A stretch of 64,000 nucleotides of DNA from Gracilimonas sp. (GTDB lineage Bacteria > Bacteroidota > Rhodothermia > Balneolales > Balneolaceae). A program made the position numbers and the translations under genes. Positions 9,885-20,442 of this stretch are shown one piece after another; position 1 is the stretch's first letter, and each line of letters starts with the position of its first letter. The stretch spans positions 1,446,293 to 1,510,292 of the forward strand of contig NZ_OZ245785.1 in assembly GCF_965227785.1 (NCBI RefSeq), written 5' to 3'. Below the pieces are notes generated by a model that did not search any database, was not told where the DNA came from, and saw only the letters and a list, made by a program, of their open reading frames with translations.

Positions 9885-10130
9885 ATGAAAACCATGACCT
9901 GCAAACAACTGGGTGGAGCCTGCGAACAGGAGTTCACCGCAGAAACTTTTGAAGAAATTGCAGAACTAAGCAGGCAGCATGGAACTGAAATGTTTAAACA
10001 GGGTGATGTTGATCACCATCAGGCCATGCAGGAGATGTCTGAGATGATGAATGATCCCGAGGCTATGCAACAGTGGATGGATAAGAAACGACAGGAATTT
10101 GAGTCACTTCCGGATAATAATACCCTATAA
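9885..10130 (+). CDS. DUF1059-like small protein
   Basis: MKTMTCKQLGGACEQEFTAETFEEI is a typical DUF1059 N-terminus. Confidence 0.6.
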   Translation: MKTMTCKQLGGACEQEFTAETFEEIAELSRQHGTEMFKQGDVDHHQAMQEMSEMMNDPEAMQQWMDKKRQEFESLPDNNTL

Positions 10131-10607
10131 CTCCAATACCATCAGTGCTACTTTCTTTTTGCCCCCTTCTGTTTTTTGCTCAGCCACTTTCCTGAATCCT
10201 ATTACTTTATGAAATTCCAGTGAATTAGGGTTCGGTGGTTTAAGGTTCACTTCACAGGTAATCAGCTTTTGCTCAGAGTTTTTGGCCAGATACTGATATA
10301 AAGCCGTACCAAGCTTCCTGCCTCTAAACTTTTCCGCGATAACAATACGATCCACATAATCAAAGTCGTCATAATTGTTAGAAAAGAACGCATAGTTTAG
10401 ACTTTCATAGTCCAGCCCTTTTTGAAGCACAATCATAAATCCTGCAAGCTCTCCCTCCTCTTCTATTATCAAAAAAGGGTTTGCCTTGTCCACATAATAT
10501 TCCATTTCACTAAGATCCTCACTGGTTACGTGGGGAACGGAGGCTTCGTTCAAAGCTAATACTGCAGGGAGATCTTCCTTTGTGGCATTCCTGATCTTCA
10601 TCAACAA
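10125..10607 (-). CDS. GNAT family N-acetyltransferase
   Basis: RGRKLGTALY acetyl-CoA binding motif (R/QxxGxG/A); 160 aa. Confidence 0.8.
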   Translation of the reverse strand: MLMKIRNATKEDLPAVLALNEASVPHVTSEDLSEMEYYVDKANPFLIIEEEGELAGFMIVLQKGLDYESLNYAFFSNNYDDFDYVDRIVIAEKFRGRKLGTALYQYLAKNSEQKLITCEVNLKPPNPNSLEFHKVIGFRKVAEQKTEGGKKKVALMVLEL

Positions 10608-10679
10608 AAAAATTTGGTAATTAACAGCTGAAATTTCGACGTTCTGTAACCTAAATCAAACTAATTGTAATAGCTACTT

Positions 10680-11822
10680 ATGGACTGCAAAAAATCTTAC
10701 TTCCGGCTCGATGAATCGGTCACCTATCTTAACTGTGCCTATATGTCGCCACAGCTGAAATCAGTAGAAGAGGCCGGAGTTTGGGGTGTTCAACGAAAAC
10801 GTAACCCGTTTAAAATTTCACCGGATGAGTTTTTTGGTGAAACGGATCAGCTTAGGGATGAATTTGCCAAACTAATTAATGCCAATGATCCTAAACGCAT
10901 CGTGGTTATACCCTCTGTTTCTTACGGAATGGCTAATGTTGCTAAGAACGTAGAGATTTCCCAAGGCGATAATATCATACTTGTGGGTGAACAGTTTCCG
11001 AGTAATGTTTATCCATGGCGGTCGGTGGTTCAGGAAAAAGGCGGTGAGATAATCACCATCACCCCTCCCAAAGAACATGAAAACCGGGGCAAGATCTGGA
11101 ATGAGAAGGTACTAAATGCCATCAACGACCGGACGAAACTGGTAGCAATGGGAAACATCCATTGGGCTGATGGCACACTGTTTGACTTGAAAACTATCCG
11201 AAAACGTACCCGGGACGTGGGAGCATGGCTTGCCATCGATGGAACGCAATCGGTGGGAGCTCTCCCTTTTGATATTTCTGAAATTCAACCTGATGCCTTG
11301 GTTTGTGCCGGATACAAATGGTTGATGGGACCATATTCCATTGGTCTGGCTTACTATGGACCTGCGCTGGATAACGGCAAGCCGGTCGAAGAAAACTGGA
11401 TCAATCGCTACGAAAGTGAAAACTTCGCAAACCTGGTCAATTATAATGATGATTATCAGCCGGGAGCTTTACGCTACGAAGTAGGTGAACACAGTAATTT
11501 CATCCTTGTTCCCATGATGCTTAAAGCCATTCAACAGCTGAATGAATGGGGCGTGGAGAACATCCAGCAGTATTGCCGGGATTTAATTGCCGAACCTGTT
11601 GACAAGCTAAAAGCAGCCGGCTACAGAATTGAAGATTCTGATTACAGAGCTTCTCACTTGTTTGGAATTCGGTTGGGCGAATCACATGACATGGATCAGA
11701 TTAAAGCTGCGTTTGATAAGCAAAACATCCTGGTGTCCTTCCGGGGTGATTCTATTCGGGTTTCGCCTAATGTGTACAATACGCAAGAAGAGATAGAGCA
11801 GCTTGTGCACACGTTAGCTTAG
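10680..11822 (+). CDS. Aminotransferase class V-fold PLP-dependent enzyme
   Basis: CAGYKWLMGP (PLP lysine region) and length and layout typical of the cysteine desulfurase/epimerase-like fold. Confidence 0.75.
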   Translation: MDCKKSYFRLDESVTYLNCAYMSPQLKSVEEAGVWGVQRKRNPFKISPDEFFGETDQLRDEFAKLINANDPKRIVVIPSVSYGMANVAKNVEISQGDNIILVGEQFPSNVYPWRSVVQEKGGEIITITPPKEHENRGKIWNEKVLNAINDRTKLVAMGNIHWADGTLFDLKTIRKRTRDVGAWLAIDGTQSVGALPFDISEIQPDALVCAGYKWLMGPYSIGLAYYGPALDNGKPVEENWINRYESENFANLVNYNDDYQPGALRYEVGEHSNFILVPMMLKAIQQLNEWGVENIQQYCRDLIAEPVDKLKAAGYRIEDSDYRASHLFGIRLGESHDMDQIKAAFDKQNILVSFRGDSIRVSPNVYNTQEEIEQLVHTLA

Positions 11823-11831
11823 TAAAACAGT

Positions 11832-11855
11832 AAAGACACAAAATCTTGTGTCTTT
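11832..11855. terminator. Hairpin between convergent genes (aminotransferase / sdhB); candidate bidirectional terminator
   Basis: AAAGACACA-AAATCT-TGTGTCTTT forms a 9-bp perfect stem; flanks are T-rich on both strands but weak. Confidence 0.5.
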
Positions 11856-11884
11856 ACATTTACTGGATATGGTAATAACCTAAA

Positions 11885-12643
11885 TCAATTTCCGCTCATC
11901 ACCGCTTTCATGTAATCGCGGCGCATTTCGGCGATAGCAGAAATGGAGATTCCTACCGGACAAACGGCTTCACATTCTGCGAAGTTGGAGCAGTCGCCAA
12001 AGCCTTCTTCCTTCATTTGGTCAACCATTGCAACAACTCGGTCTTTGCGCTCAACTTCGCCTTGTGGCAATTTATTGAGATGTGCAATCTTGGCGCCGGT
12101 AAATAGAGATGCAGAAGCATTCGGGCAAGCTGCTACACACGCTCCGCAACCAATACAGGTGGCGTAGTCGAAAGCCGCATCTGCTTTTTCTTTTTCAACT
12201 GGAATGGCGTTTGCTTCTGCGGCAGAACCTGTTTTCACAGACACGTAACCACCAGCTTCAATAATTCGGTCAAAGGCACTGCGATCTACTACCAAATCTT
12301 TGATAACAGGAAAGGAAGCAGCTCTTGGAGGCTCTATGGTAATATTATCTCCGTCGCTATAGTTACGCATATGCAGCTGACAGGCTGCAACCCGTTGTTT
12401 TGGTCCGTGTGCACGTCCATCTATTACCAGGTTACAAGATCCGCAAATTCCTTCCCGGCAATCGTAATCAAATTCAACCGGCTCTTTCCCTTCCAGCATC
12501 AGCTCTTCGTTGAGTACGTCAAGCATTTCCAGGAAAGACATATGCTCATTGACATTATCGAGCGTATACTCTTCGAAATGTCCCTGCGCATTCGGGCCGT
12601 TCTGCTTCCAGTATTTAAGATGAATGGTCATTTCTTTACTCAT
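11885..12643 (-). CDS. sdhB: Succinate dehydrogenase/fumarate reductase iron-sulfur subunit
   Basis: Cys clusters CREGICGSC, CIGCGACVAACP, CSNFAECEAVCP. Confidence 0.9.
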   Translation of the reverse strand: MSKEMTIHLKYWKQNGPNAQGHFEEYTLDNVNEHMSFLEMLDVLNEELMLEGKEPVEFDYDCREGICGSCNLVIDGRAHGPKQRVAACQLHMRNYSDGDNITIEPPRAASFPVIKDLVVDRSAFDRIIEAGGYVSVKTGSAAEANAIPVEKEKADAAFDYATCIGCGACVAACPNASASLFTGAKIAHLNKLPQGEVERKDRVVAMVDQMKEEGFGDCSNFAECEAVCPVGISISAIAEMRRDYMKAVMSGN

Positions 12644-12658
12644 AGTGCAATAATTTTT

Positions 12659-12770
12659 GCCACAAAAGCTCTAAAACACGAAGGGTATAATCTGTCTGGG
12701 ATCATATGTTGAATCATGTTATTGCTCTTCCGGTTTAACATTAAATTTTGTGTTTTCGTGATTTAGTGGC
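12659..12770. repeat. GCCAC...GTGGC-bounded hairpin element, copy 1 (sdhA-sdhB spacer)
   Basis: The arm GCCACAAAAGCTCTAAAACACGAA (12659-12682) pairs with TTCGTGATTTAGTGGC (12755-12770). The arms match the copy at 34889-34959 (21/24 and 11/11). Confidence 0.8.
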
Positions 12771-12771
12771 T

Positions 12772-14694
12772 CTATTTATAACTGCGTTGTTTTAGCTCAA
12801 CGAATTCAAATTCAAGATTTTCTTTGTGAAGGGTTTCTTCCAGTTTGCCATTCAGGCCATTGTATTCCCAGGCAGCTACGTATGAAAAATCTTCATCATT
12901 ACGCAAAGCTTCCCCTTCTTCGGTTTGATACTCTTCGCGGAGGTGGCAGCCAGCCGACTCTTCACGCTGTAATGCATCTTCAGCCATTAGTTCTGCCAAC
13001 TCAAAGAAGTCGGCAACTCGACCGGCGAATTCCAGATACTTGTTATAATTGTTTTTCTCGCCCGGCACTTTCACATTCTTCCAGAATTCTTCCCGGAGCT
13101 CGCGAATTTCCTCAATGGCTGATTTTAAGCCTTCAGCATTTCGGGCAATACCAATCTTGTCCCAAACAATCTTACCTAACGATCGGTGGAAGTCGATGAT
13201 CGTACGGTCACCGTCAATATTCAGGAGTTTATCTATTTGAGACTGTGCGGCATTTTCTGCCTCTTCAAAAGCTTTATGGTCGGTTCCATATCGTTTGCCC
13301 GGCTCTTGTTTCGCCAGGTAATCACCGATGGTATAAGGCAGAACAAAGTATCCGTCAGAAAGTCCCTGCATCAATGCACTTGCTCCAAGGCGGTTCGCAC
13401 CGTGATCAGAGAAATTAGCCTCACCGGCAGCATAAAGTCCCGGAATGGTTGTCTGCAGGTTATAATCAACCCAAAGGCCACCCATGGTGTAGTGAACCGC
13501 CGGATAGATTCTCATAGGACGCTCATATGGATTTTCACCAGCTATGTTTTCATACATCTCAAACAGGTTTCCATACTTGGATTCGATGGTATCTCGTCCG
13601 TCTCGCTCAATTGCATCCCGGAAATCGAGATACACAGCCAGGCCGGTTTCTCCCACACCCAGTCCGTCATCACAAACCATTTTTGCATTTCGAGAGGCTA
13701 CATCGCGTGGGACCAGATTACCGAAACTTGGGTAACGCTCCTCGAGATAATAATACCGCTCGTCTTCAGGTATGTCATTCGGATGTCGGTCATCTCCTTT
13801 CTTCTTCGGCACCCAAACACGTCCGTCGTTTCTCAAACTCTCACTCATAAGAGTAAGTTTAGATTGATAGTCGCCGGAAACAGGAATACAAGTTGGGTGA
13901 ACCTGTACATAACATGGATTTGCAAAAGCAGCTCCTTTCTTGTGAGCTCTCCATGCAGCCGTTACATTTGAATTTTTAGCGTTCGTTGATAGATAGAATA
14001 CGTTTCCATAACCACCGGTTGCAAGAACAACCGCATCAGCCTCGTACCTGTTTAATTCGCCGGAAACCAAATCACGGGTAATGATTCCACGAGCTTGTCC
14101 GTCTATAACAACCACATCCAGCATTTCGTGTCGCGGATGGTATTTGATGTTCCCGTTGTGAACCTGACGCATCATCGCCTGGTAAGCACCGAGCAACAGC
14201 TGCTGACCTGTTTGGCCTCGTGCATAAAATGTTCTGGATACCTGTGCTCCACCAAAAGAACGGTTGGCCAGGTTACCTCCGTATTCCCGTGCAAAAGGAA
14301 CGCCCTGTGCTACAGCCTGGTCAATAATTTCATTCGACACCTGGGCAAGGCGATACACATTAGATTCACGAGAACGATAGTCACCGCCTTTGATGGTATC
14401 ATAAAAAAGCCGCCAGATGCTATCTCCATCATTCGGATAATTTTTAGCAGCATTGATTCCACCCTGAGCTGCGATACTGTGGGCGCGCCGGGCCGAATCC
14501 TGAATACAAAAACTTCTTACATTATACCCCAGCTCTGCAAAACTGGCTGCTGCAGCGCCACCGGCCAGTCCGGTTCCTACTACAATAATTTCATATTTCC
14601 GCTTGTTATTGGGAGCCACCAGCTTGATATCTTTGATGTGCTTATCCCACTTCTCTTGTAACGGTCCGCCAGGTACTTTTGAATCTAATTTCAT
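12772..14694 (-). CDS. sdhA: Succinate dehydrogenase/fumarate reductase flavoprotein subunit
   Basis: [15 protein letters not shown] motif, [19 protein letters not shown]; 640 aa. Confidence 0.95.
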   Translation of the reverse strand: MKLDSKVPGGPLQEKWDKHIKDIKLVAPNNKRKYEIIVVGTGLAGGAAAASFAELGYNVRSFCIQDSARRAHSIAAQGGINAAKNYPNDGDSIWRLFYDTIKGGDYRSRESNVYRLAQVSNEIIDQAVAQGVPFAREYGGNLANRSFGGAQVSRTFYARGQTGQQLLLGAYQAMMRQVHNGNIKYHPRHEMLDVVVIDGQARGIITRDLVSGELNRYEADAVVLATGGYGNVFYLSTNAKNSNVTAAWRAHKKGAAFANPCYVQVHPTCIPVSGDYQSKLTLMSESLRNDGRVWVPKKKGDDRHPNDIPEDERYYYLEERYPSFGNLVPRDVASRNAKMVCDDGLGVGETGLAVYLDFRDAIERDGRDTIESKYGNLFEMYENIAGENPYERPMRIYPAVHYTMGGLWVDYNLQTTIPGLYAAGEANFSDHGANRLGASALMQGLSDGYFVLPYTIGDYLAKQEPGKRYGTDHKAFEEAENAAQSQIDKLLNIDGDRTIIDFHRSLGKIVWDKIGIARNAEGLKSAIEEIRELREEFWKNVKVPGEKNNYNKYLEFAGRVADFFELAELMAEDALQREESAGCHLREEYQTEEGEALRNDEDFSYVAAWEYNGLNGKLEETLHKENLEFEFVELKQRSYK

Positions 14695-14727
14695 AATCCT
14701 AAATCTATAGTCTTAAACTTAATCTCT

Positions 14728-15435
14728 TTAGTATGCGATGAGAGAGCCTTCTCCGCCAGTAACAAATATATAAAGCGGAATAAAGATAAAGCCCAGCATC
14801 AAAATAATAGCGAATATGTAAGCCCCAAGCTGAACTTTTTTGGAAGTTTCACCGTGTTTCATTCCCAGGGATGTCAAAGCACTCCAGGCACCGTGAGAAA
14901 GGTGGAGAATAACCAGTGCAAGCACCGCTATGTAACCAAAAGCCACCAGTGGCTTCTGAAATTCAGCAATAACCAATGCCCGTAAATCACGTGCTTCTGT
15001 AGCCCCTACCGATTCCAGTGCAATGGTTTCAGTTGGACCAAACTTGAAATGCCAGATATGAAATACCAGAAACACCAAAATGATAATTCCTGTCCAGATC
15101 ATACTTCTGGAAGCCAGTGATTGATGACTTGGACCTCCTTTTGTTTGATATTTCGCATATCCCTCGGGACGGGCTTTTCTGCGCTGAAGCCAAATCGAAA
15201 TACCTAAAATAGCATGGTAAAGGAAAAAGAATGCCAGTCCGGCTTCAATTACGTAAAGAAGAGGCCCTAAACTTTCCAACGTATAAGTGTAAATGTTGAA
15301 TGCTTGAGAATCTCCGAAAATGGTGAGGTTACCGACAAGGTGACCGATCAAAAACAACATAAGCCCGATACCTGTGATACCGGTCATAATTTTTCGGCCC
15401 ACCTGAGAATTCAGTGCTTTAATAAGAGAAGGCAT
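14728..15435 (-). CDS. sdhC: Succinate dehydrogenase cytochrome b subunit (b558 type, 5 TM)
   Basis: Five hydrophobic helices with conserved His residues, placed directly upstream of sdhA. Confidence 0.8.
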   Translation of the reverse strand: MPSLIKALNSQVGRKIMTGITGIGLMLFLIGHLVGNLTIFGDSQAFNIYTYTLESLGPLLYVIEAGLAFFFLYHAILGISIWLQRRKARPEGYAKYQTKGGPSHQSLASRSMIWTGIIILVFLVFHIWHFKFGPTETIALESVGATEARDLRALVIAEFQKPLVAFGYIAVLALVILHLSHGAWSALTSLGMKHGETSKKVQLGAYIFAIILMLGFIFIPLYIFVTGGEGSLIAY

Positions 15436-15730
15436 GTAATTGCGTCTTAAATAATTTCAATTTGTGCTAATAAAACAGCGGCTACCCGTGCTTAGTTTCA
15501 ATTTTAAGTGAAACTTCAACAAAGCTTAACTGCGCCGTGAAAATCGCTTTTTCCAGTCTGAATAACAAGGCAGATTACTTCTAAATAAACCCCAAATACT
15601 GTTGTATTCTTCTAATTGCATTACGCCCATTTGTTTGCACAACCATGAACCGGCCGACTCAGGTTTCTATTTTGAAATATGACTTTCGTCTTTTCTCCCG
15701 CTACCTTTGGCTGCATCATAAATCAAGAAT

Positions 15731-16345
15731 ATGTTCTGCATAAAAAATTCCACCGAAAGCAGTTTTCGTGAGCGCGGCTCCAAGTTCCTGGGCTTTTTAT
15801 TTCCGGCCGACTCTGAAGACGCATTTGCAGATGGGTTAGAAAAGCTTAAATCAAAATACCCCGACGCCACCCACCATTGCTACGGCTGGCGATTAAATCC
15901 GGCTCAAGTAAAAGAATTCAGCACCGATGATGGCGAACCTTCAGGTACGGCCGGACTTCCGATCCTGAATCAGCTAAAGTCATTTGAGATAATCAATGCA
16001 GGAATTGTTGTAGTCAGATATTATGGTGGCACTAAGCTGGGCAAATCCGGTTTAATTGAAGCTTATGGGTTGGCTGCCAAAAAATGCCTCGAAGAAGCCT
16101 CCCTAATCGCAATCAAACCTGTTCGCCTTTTTGAAGTTCAATATCCCTACCCGGAAGAAAACAACATTCAGCAGTTGATAAACAGCTATGAATTGAAAGT
16201 TATGGAATCAGAATACCTGGAACATGTCACATTGAAAGTTGCTTGCCCCATAAAAACAGCCACCCGAATTGAAAAAGAACTCGAAGGCATGGAGCACCTC
16301 AATATTATTTTTAAGAAACTGGAAGAACATTTCATTGCTGGATAA
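15731..16345 (+). CDS. yigZ: YigZ / IMPACT family protein
   Basis: ERGSKFLGFLFP...DATHHCYGWRL...DDGEPSGTAG motif series. Confidence 0.75.
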   Translation: MFCIKNSTESSFRERGSKFLGFLFPADSEDAFADGLEKLKSKYPDATHHCYGWRLNPAQVKEFSTDDGEPSGTAGLPILNQLKSFEIINAGIVVVRYYGGTKLGKSGLIEAYGLAAKKCLEEASLIAIKPVRLFEVQYPYPEENNIQQLINSYELKVMESEYLEHVTLKVACPIKTATRIEKELEGMEHLNIIFKKLEEHFIAG

Positions 16346-16388
16346 GAAACTTACCATCCAAACCCCTATTTTCTAAAAAAAGGATGTT

Positions 16389-16934
16389 ATGAAAATTTAC
16401 ACCAAGAAAGGCGATAGTGGAAATACCTCCTTGTTTGGCGGGCAGCGCGTTTCCAAAAGCTCAAAACGTATTGATGCCTACGGCACTGTGGATGAACTAA
16501 ATTCTATTTTAGGAATGGCTGCAGCTCATGGATTATCAGATAAGGGCGCTGAACTTATTGAAACCGTGCAGCAACAACTTTTTGTATTGGGAGCTGACCT
16601 TGCAACCCCACAATCCAGAGAAGTCCGGATTGAACGAATAGGTAATTCGGAAGTCGATTTTTTGGAAAATGCCATCGATGAAATGGAGGAAGCATTAGAA
16701 CCCCTCAAGAATTTCATTTTACCAGGTGGAGCTGAGGCCGGAGCTACCCTGCATTTTGCCCGCACGGTTTGCCGACGGGCTGAACGTATTACGGTAGAGT
16801 GCCGACATGAAGAAGAAATTTCAGAAGTTGCCATCATGTATATAAACCGGCTGTCCGACTTCCTGTTTGTGCTTGCCCGATTTGAAAACAAAGAAGCAGG
16901 TACAGAAGAGAAAACCTGGATTCCAGCCCGATAA
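16389..16934 (+). CDS. ATP:cob(I)alamin adenosyltransferase, PduO type
   Basis: IYTKKGDSGNTSLFGG...AYGTVDELNS N-terminal signature. Confidence 0.85.
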   Translation: MKIYTKKGDSGNTSLFGGQRVSKSSKRIDAYGTVDELNSILGMAAAHGLSDKGAELIETVQQQLFVLGADLATPQSREVRIERIGNSEVDFLENAIDEMEEALEPLKNFILPGGAEAGATLHFARTVCRRAERITVECRHEEEISEVAIMYINRLSDFLFVLARFENKEAGTEEKTWIPAR

Positions 16935-16936
16935 GC

Positions 16937-18940
16937 ATGTCCCTGACCAATAAGGCCAAAGCATATATCCGCAAGCATCACCAAAAGAAAAGTGCTGCCG
17001 AAATTGCTGAACAATTGAATCAGGATAAGAAAGACGTTCAGGCCTATATCGATGAAATAAGCGAGCCCCTTCCGTTTAAGAAAAAAGCCGCTTTTTACGC
17101 TATTACCCTATCTATCCCCATTCTGTTTTTTGTGGTTTTAGAGGTGGTATTACGCGGGGTTGATTATATGGGCAATACGGAACTGTTTATCGATCCGAAT
17201 ATTCCACAGGACGAGTATTACATGCCCAACCCGAACTTTGCTGCCCGCTACTTCTTCTATACCAAAACAATCCCAAACCCTTCTTCTGACGTGTTTCTAC
17301 AGGAAAAACCGGAAAATGGCTTTCGGGTTTTTGCCATGGGTGGCTCCAGTGCAGCAGGCTATCCCTATGGATATAACGGAACGTACTCCCGTGTGGTTAA
17401 TGACATGCTTTCTGACGCCATGCCCGACCGCAAGGTGGAAGTTGTGAATGTGGCAACCTCAGCCATCAGCACCTACACACTTTTCGATCAGGTGGATGAG
17501 ATCCTGGAACAACAACCGGATGCCATCATGATTTATGCCGGACATAATGAATTTTACGGTGCTCTTGGTGTAGGCTCCAATGAAAACCTGGGGGCTTTTC
17601 CTGGATTTGTTCGGTTTTATTTAAAACTTCAGCGTTTCAAAACTTTTATGCTGCTGCGGGAGATGATTGTGAACTCAGGGCAATGGCTCGCCTCTACCCT
17701 CAGCGATGAACAACCGGCAACGGGTACACTGATGGAGCGGATTATCAGTGATCAATCGATTGAATTAAACGGACCTGAATATGAGATAGCCATGATTCAA
17801 TTTCGAAGTAATATGGAGGCCATCATTGAGAAGTTTGCTGATGAGAATATTCCGGTTTACCTCTCAACTATTGCCAGCAACGTAAAAGACCAGCCTCCCT
17901 TTGTTTCTATTGAAGAGGATCAGAATCCGCCCGCGGATGAAGTTTTCAGCACTGCTCAATCACTATATCAGAACGGAGATACCACATCAGCGAAAGAACA
18001 ATTTGAATTCGCCAAAGATCTGGACGGACTTAAATTCCGGGCTCCTTCTGATATCAACAACATTATAAAATCACTTCCCGACACTTACGCTAACACAACA
18101 TTGGTTCAGGTCCACGATGCTTTTGAAAATACCTCACCGGATGGCATCATTGGGAATAACCTGATGCTGGAACACCTTCACCCCAACCAGGAGGGATATT
18201 TTTTAATGGGCAGAAGTTTTGCCGAATCTCTGCTTGGTGATTTAACGGTTCGAGGCTTAGCTTCAACAGAGAACCTGAACCCCGATTCCTATTTTGACGA
18301 GATGTTTATCTCTGATTTTGACAACAGGATTGTCCACCATCGGCTGCGCACACTGAAACAAGGCTTTCCTTTCGTGATTGACGGAAGAGAAACTCCCTAC
18401 CAATTCAGCTATGAAACCGAGGGAATGGTTGATAGCCTTGCTTTTGGGGTGGTGCATAAAAACATTCGATGGGATGCAGCCAAAGTGGAGCTGGGAAATT
18501 ACTTTCAAAATCAGGGTGAGATTGACAAAGCCCTGTTTGAGTATAAAGGATTGATTCGAAACCAACCCTGGAACGACTCCCCTTATGTTTATGCTGCCCA
18601 GATGTTAATCAATCAAAATAATTTCACGGACGCAGAACCTTATTTAAGAAAAGCATACGAATTAGCTCCGCGCGAGGCATTCACCACTAAAATGCTGGGT
18701 TCTATTGAACTGAACAAAGGCAACGCGGAAGAAGCGATCCGTTTCCTGGAAGAATCCCGGCAAATCAACCCCAAAGACCCGCAGATGTTGTATAATCTTT
18801 CCGGGGCTTACGGGACTAATCGTGAATTTGACAAAGCGCTGGATATTGCGAACCGCGTCATTGAGCTGAATCCCAATTATCCCGGCATTCAGCAGTGGAA
18901 ACAACAACTCGAAAGAATTATAAACTCAAGAAGAAACTAA
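16937..18940 (+). CDS. Membrane-anchored SGNH-like hydrolase fused to C-terminal TPR repeats
   Basis: One TM after a basic N-terminus, VFAMGGSSAAG (GDS-like block), and C-terminal TPR-like repeats (ALFEYKGLI..., AEEAIRFLEESRQINPKDPQ...). Confidence 0.6.
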   Translation: MSLTNKAKAYIRKHHQKKSAAEIAEQLNQDKKDVQAYIDEISEPLPFKKKAAFYAITLSIPILFFVVLEVVLRGVDYMGNTELFIDPNIPQDEYYMPNPNFAARYFFYTKTIPNPSSDVFLQEKPENGFRVFAMGGSSAAGYPYGYNGTYSRVVNDMLSDAMPDRKVEVVNVATSAISTYTLFDQVDEILEQQPDAIMIYAGHNEFYGALGVGSNENLGAFPGFVRFYLKLQRFKTFMLLREMIVNSGQWLASTLSDEQPATGTLMERIISDQSIELNGPEYEIAMIQFRSNMEAIIEKFADENIPVYLSTIASNVKDQPPFVSIEEDQNPPADEVFSTAQSLYQNGDTTSAKEQFEFAKDLDGLKFRAPSDINNIIKSLPDTYANTTLVQVHDAFENTSPDGIIGNNLMLEHLHPNQEGYFLMGRSFAESLLGDLTVRGLASTENLNPDSYFDEMFISDFDNRIVHHRLRTLKQGFPFVIDGRETPYQFSYETEGMVDSLAFGVVHKNIRWDAAKVELGNYFQNQGEIDKALFEYKGLIRNQPWNDSPYVYAAQMLINQNNFTDAEPYLRKAYELAPREAFTTKMLGSIELNKGNAEEAIRFLEESRQINPKDPQMLYNLSGAYGTNREFDKALDIANRVIELNPNYPGIQQWKQQLERIINSRRN

Positions 18941-18946
18941 TTCATC

Positions 18947-20296
18947 ATGGCATTAATGATATCCGTCTCGGGCATCCGGGGCATTTTTGGAACCGATCTT
19001 ACCCCACAAAATCTAACCCGATTTACGGCCGCCTATGGAACCTGGCTGAAAGGAGGAACGGTAGTTTTGGGTAGAGATTCCCGCGTGACGGGCAAAATTT
19101 GTGAAGACATCATTGCAGCAACCCTGGCTTCCGTTGGTTGTGATGTTATCAAAGTAGGCGTTGTGCCTACCCCAACCGTAGCGATGGGAGTTTTGAAGCA
19201 CAAAGCTGCCGGAGGAATTATTATTTCTGCCAGTCATAACCCGGCTCAATGGAATGCGTTGAAATTGCTTAACAGTAAAAGTGAATTCCTTGATGCCGAT
19301 CAGGGTAATGAGGTGATTCGTATTTCGGAAAGCGAGCAGTTTGAATATCAGCCTTATGACAAAATCGGTGTTATCCGGGAAGATGAGGATTTGCTGGATC
19401 ACCACATCGAGAAGATATTAGACCTACCATACATTCAAGCCGAACAAATCGCCGGCAAGAATTTTTCCGTAGCTGTGGATGCGGTAAATGGAGCTGGCTC
19501 TAAGGCAATCCCACATTTATTAGATAAACTCGGGGTTAAAACGGTTCATAAAATTCATTGTACCCCCAACGGATTATTCCCCCACAACCCGGAGCCTTTA
19601 CCGGAACACCTCACTGAAATTTGTGAGTTAGTTAAGGAAGAAAAAGCCGACCTGGGAGTGGTAACTGATCCCGATGCCGACCGTCTTGCACTTGTAGACA
19701 ATAACGGAAAGCTTTTTGGGGAAGAATACACTCAAGCAGCTGCATTTGATTTTATATTGAGCAAAAAAGCCGGTCCTTGTGCCACCAACTTATCCTCTTC
19801 CAGGGTTTCTGATGATGTTGCGCGTGAGTACAACCAAACCTGCCATCGGTCTGCTGTGGGTGAAATTAATGTGGTAAAAGTGATGCAGGAACAGGAAGCT
19901 GTGATTGGAGGTGAAGGAAACGGAGGCGTGATTTGTCCGGACTTGCATTACGGCCGGGACGCACTGGTTGGCATTGCCATGGTTCTTCAGCTCCTTACCG
20001 AGAAAGACATGAGTTCCTCCGAATACAGAGCCACACTGCCGGATTACTTTATGAGCAAGAATAAAATCCAACTGGATGAGCTGGGCAAAGATGCCGATGA
20101 AGTGCTCGAAATGGTGAAAGAACACTTCTCCAGCCTGGAGCCCAACACGGTTGATGGCGTTAAAATAGACTTCGCGGAAGGTTGGGTTCACCTTCGAAAA
20201 TCAAATACCGAACCGATTATCCGGATTTACTCGGAAGGAAAATCACCGGAGGCAGCCAAAGCATTTGCCGGCAAAATATTTGATTTACTCAAGTAA
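18947..20296 (+). CDS. glmM: Phosphoglucosamine mutase / phosphohexomutase
   Basis: ISASHNP phosphoserine loop, DPDADR metal loop, GEGNGG sugar loop. Confidence 0.85.
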   Translation: MALMISVSGIRGIFGTDLTPQNLTRFTAAYGTWLKGGTVVLGRDSRVTGKICEDIIAATLASVGCDVIKVGVVPTPTVAMGVLKHKAAGGIIISASHNPAQWNALKLLNSKSEFLDADQGNEVIRISESEQFEYQPYDKIGVIREDEDLLDHHIEKILDLPYIQAEQIAGKNFSVAVDAVNGAGSKAIPHLLDKLGVKTVHKIHCTPNGLFPHNPEPLPEHLTEICELVKEEKADLGVVTDPDADRLALVDNNGKLFGEEYTQAAAFDFILSKKAGPCATNLSSSRVSDDVAREYNQTCHRSAVGEINVVKVMQEQEAVIGGEGNGGVICPDLHYGRDALVGIAMVLQLLTEKDMSSSEYRATLPDYFMSKNKIQLDELGKDADEVLEMVKEHFSSLEPNTVDGVKIDFAEGWVHLRKSNTEPIIRIYSEGKSPEAAKAFAGKIFDLLK

Positions 20297-20442
20297 CATT
20301 TCGACTAAACTGTTATTTAACTAACAGGTTCGGATAAATGCAGGTCGTTATAGTTTAAAGAAACTAAACCGGCCTCTTTCATTGTTCTAAATGGTGCAAA
20401 TACAACACCTTTTATTAGAACAATAATCAAACAAAGCCAGAT

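Noticed and set aside
13186-13971. 261-aa plus-strand ORF and several others (12882-14661) inside sdhA
   Set aside because: They are antisense to an unambiguous sdhA with FAD motifs, so they are shadow ORFs.
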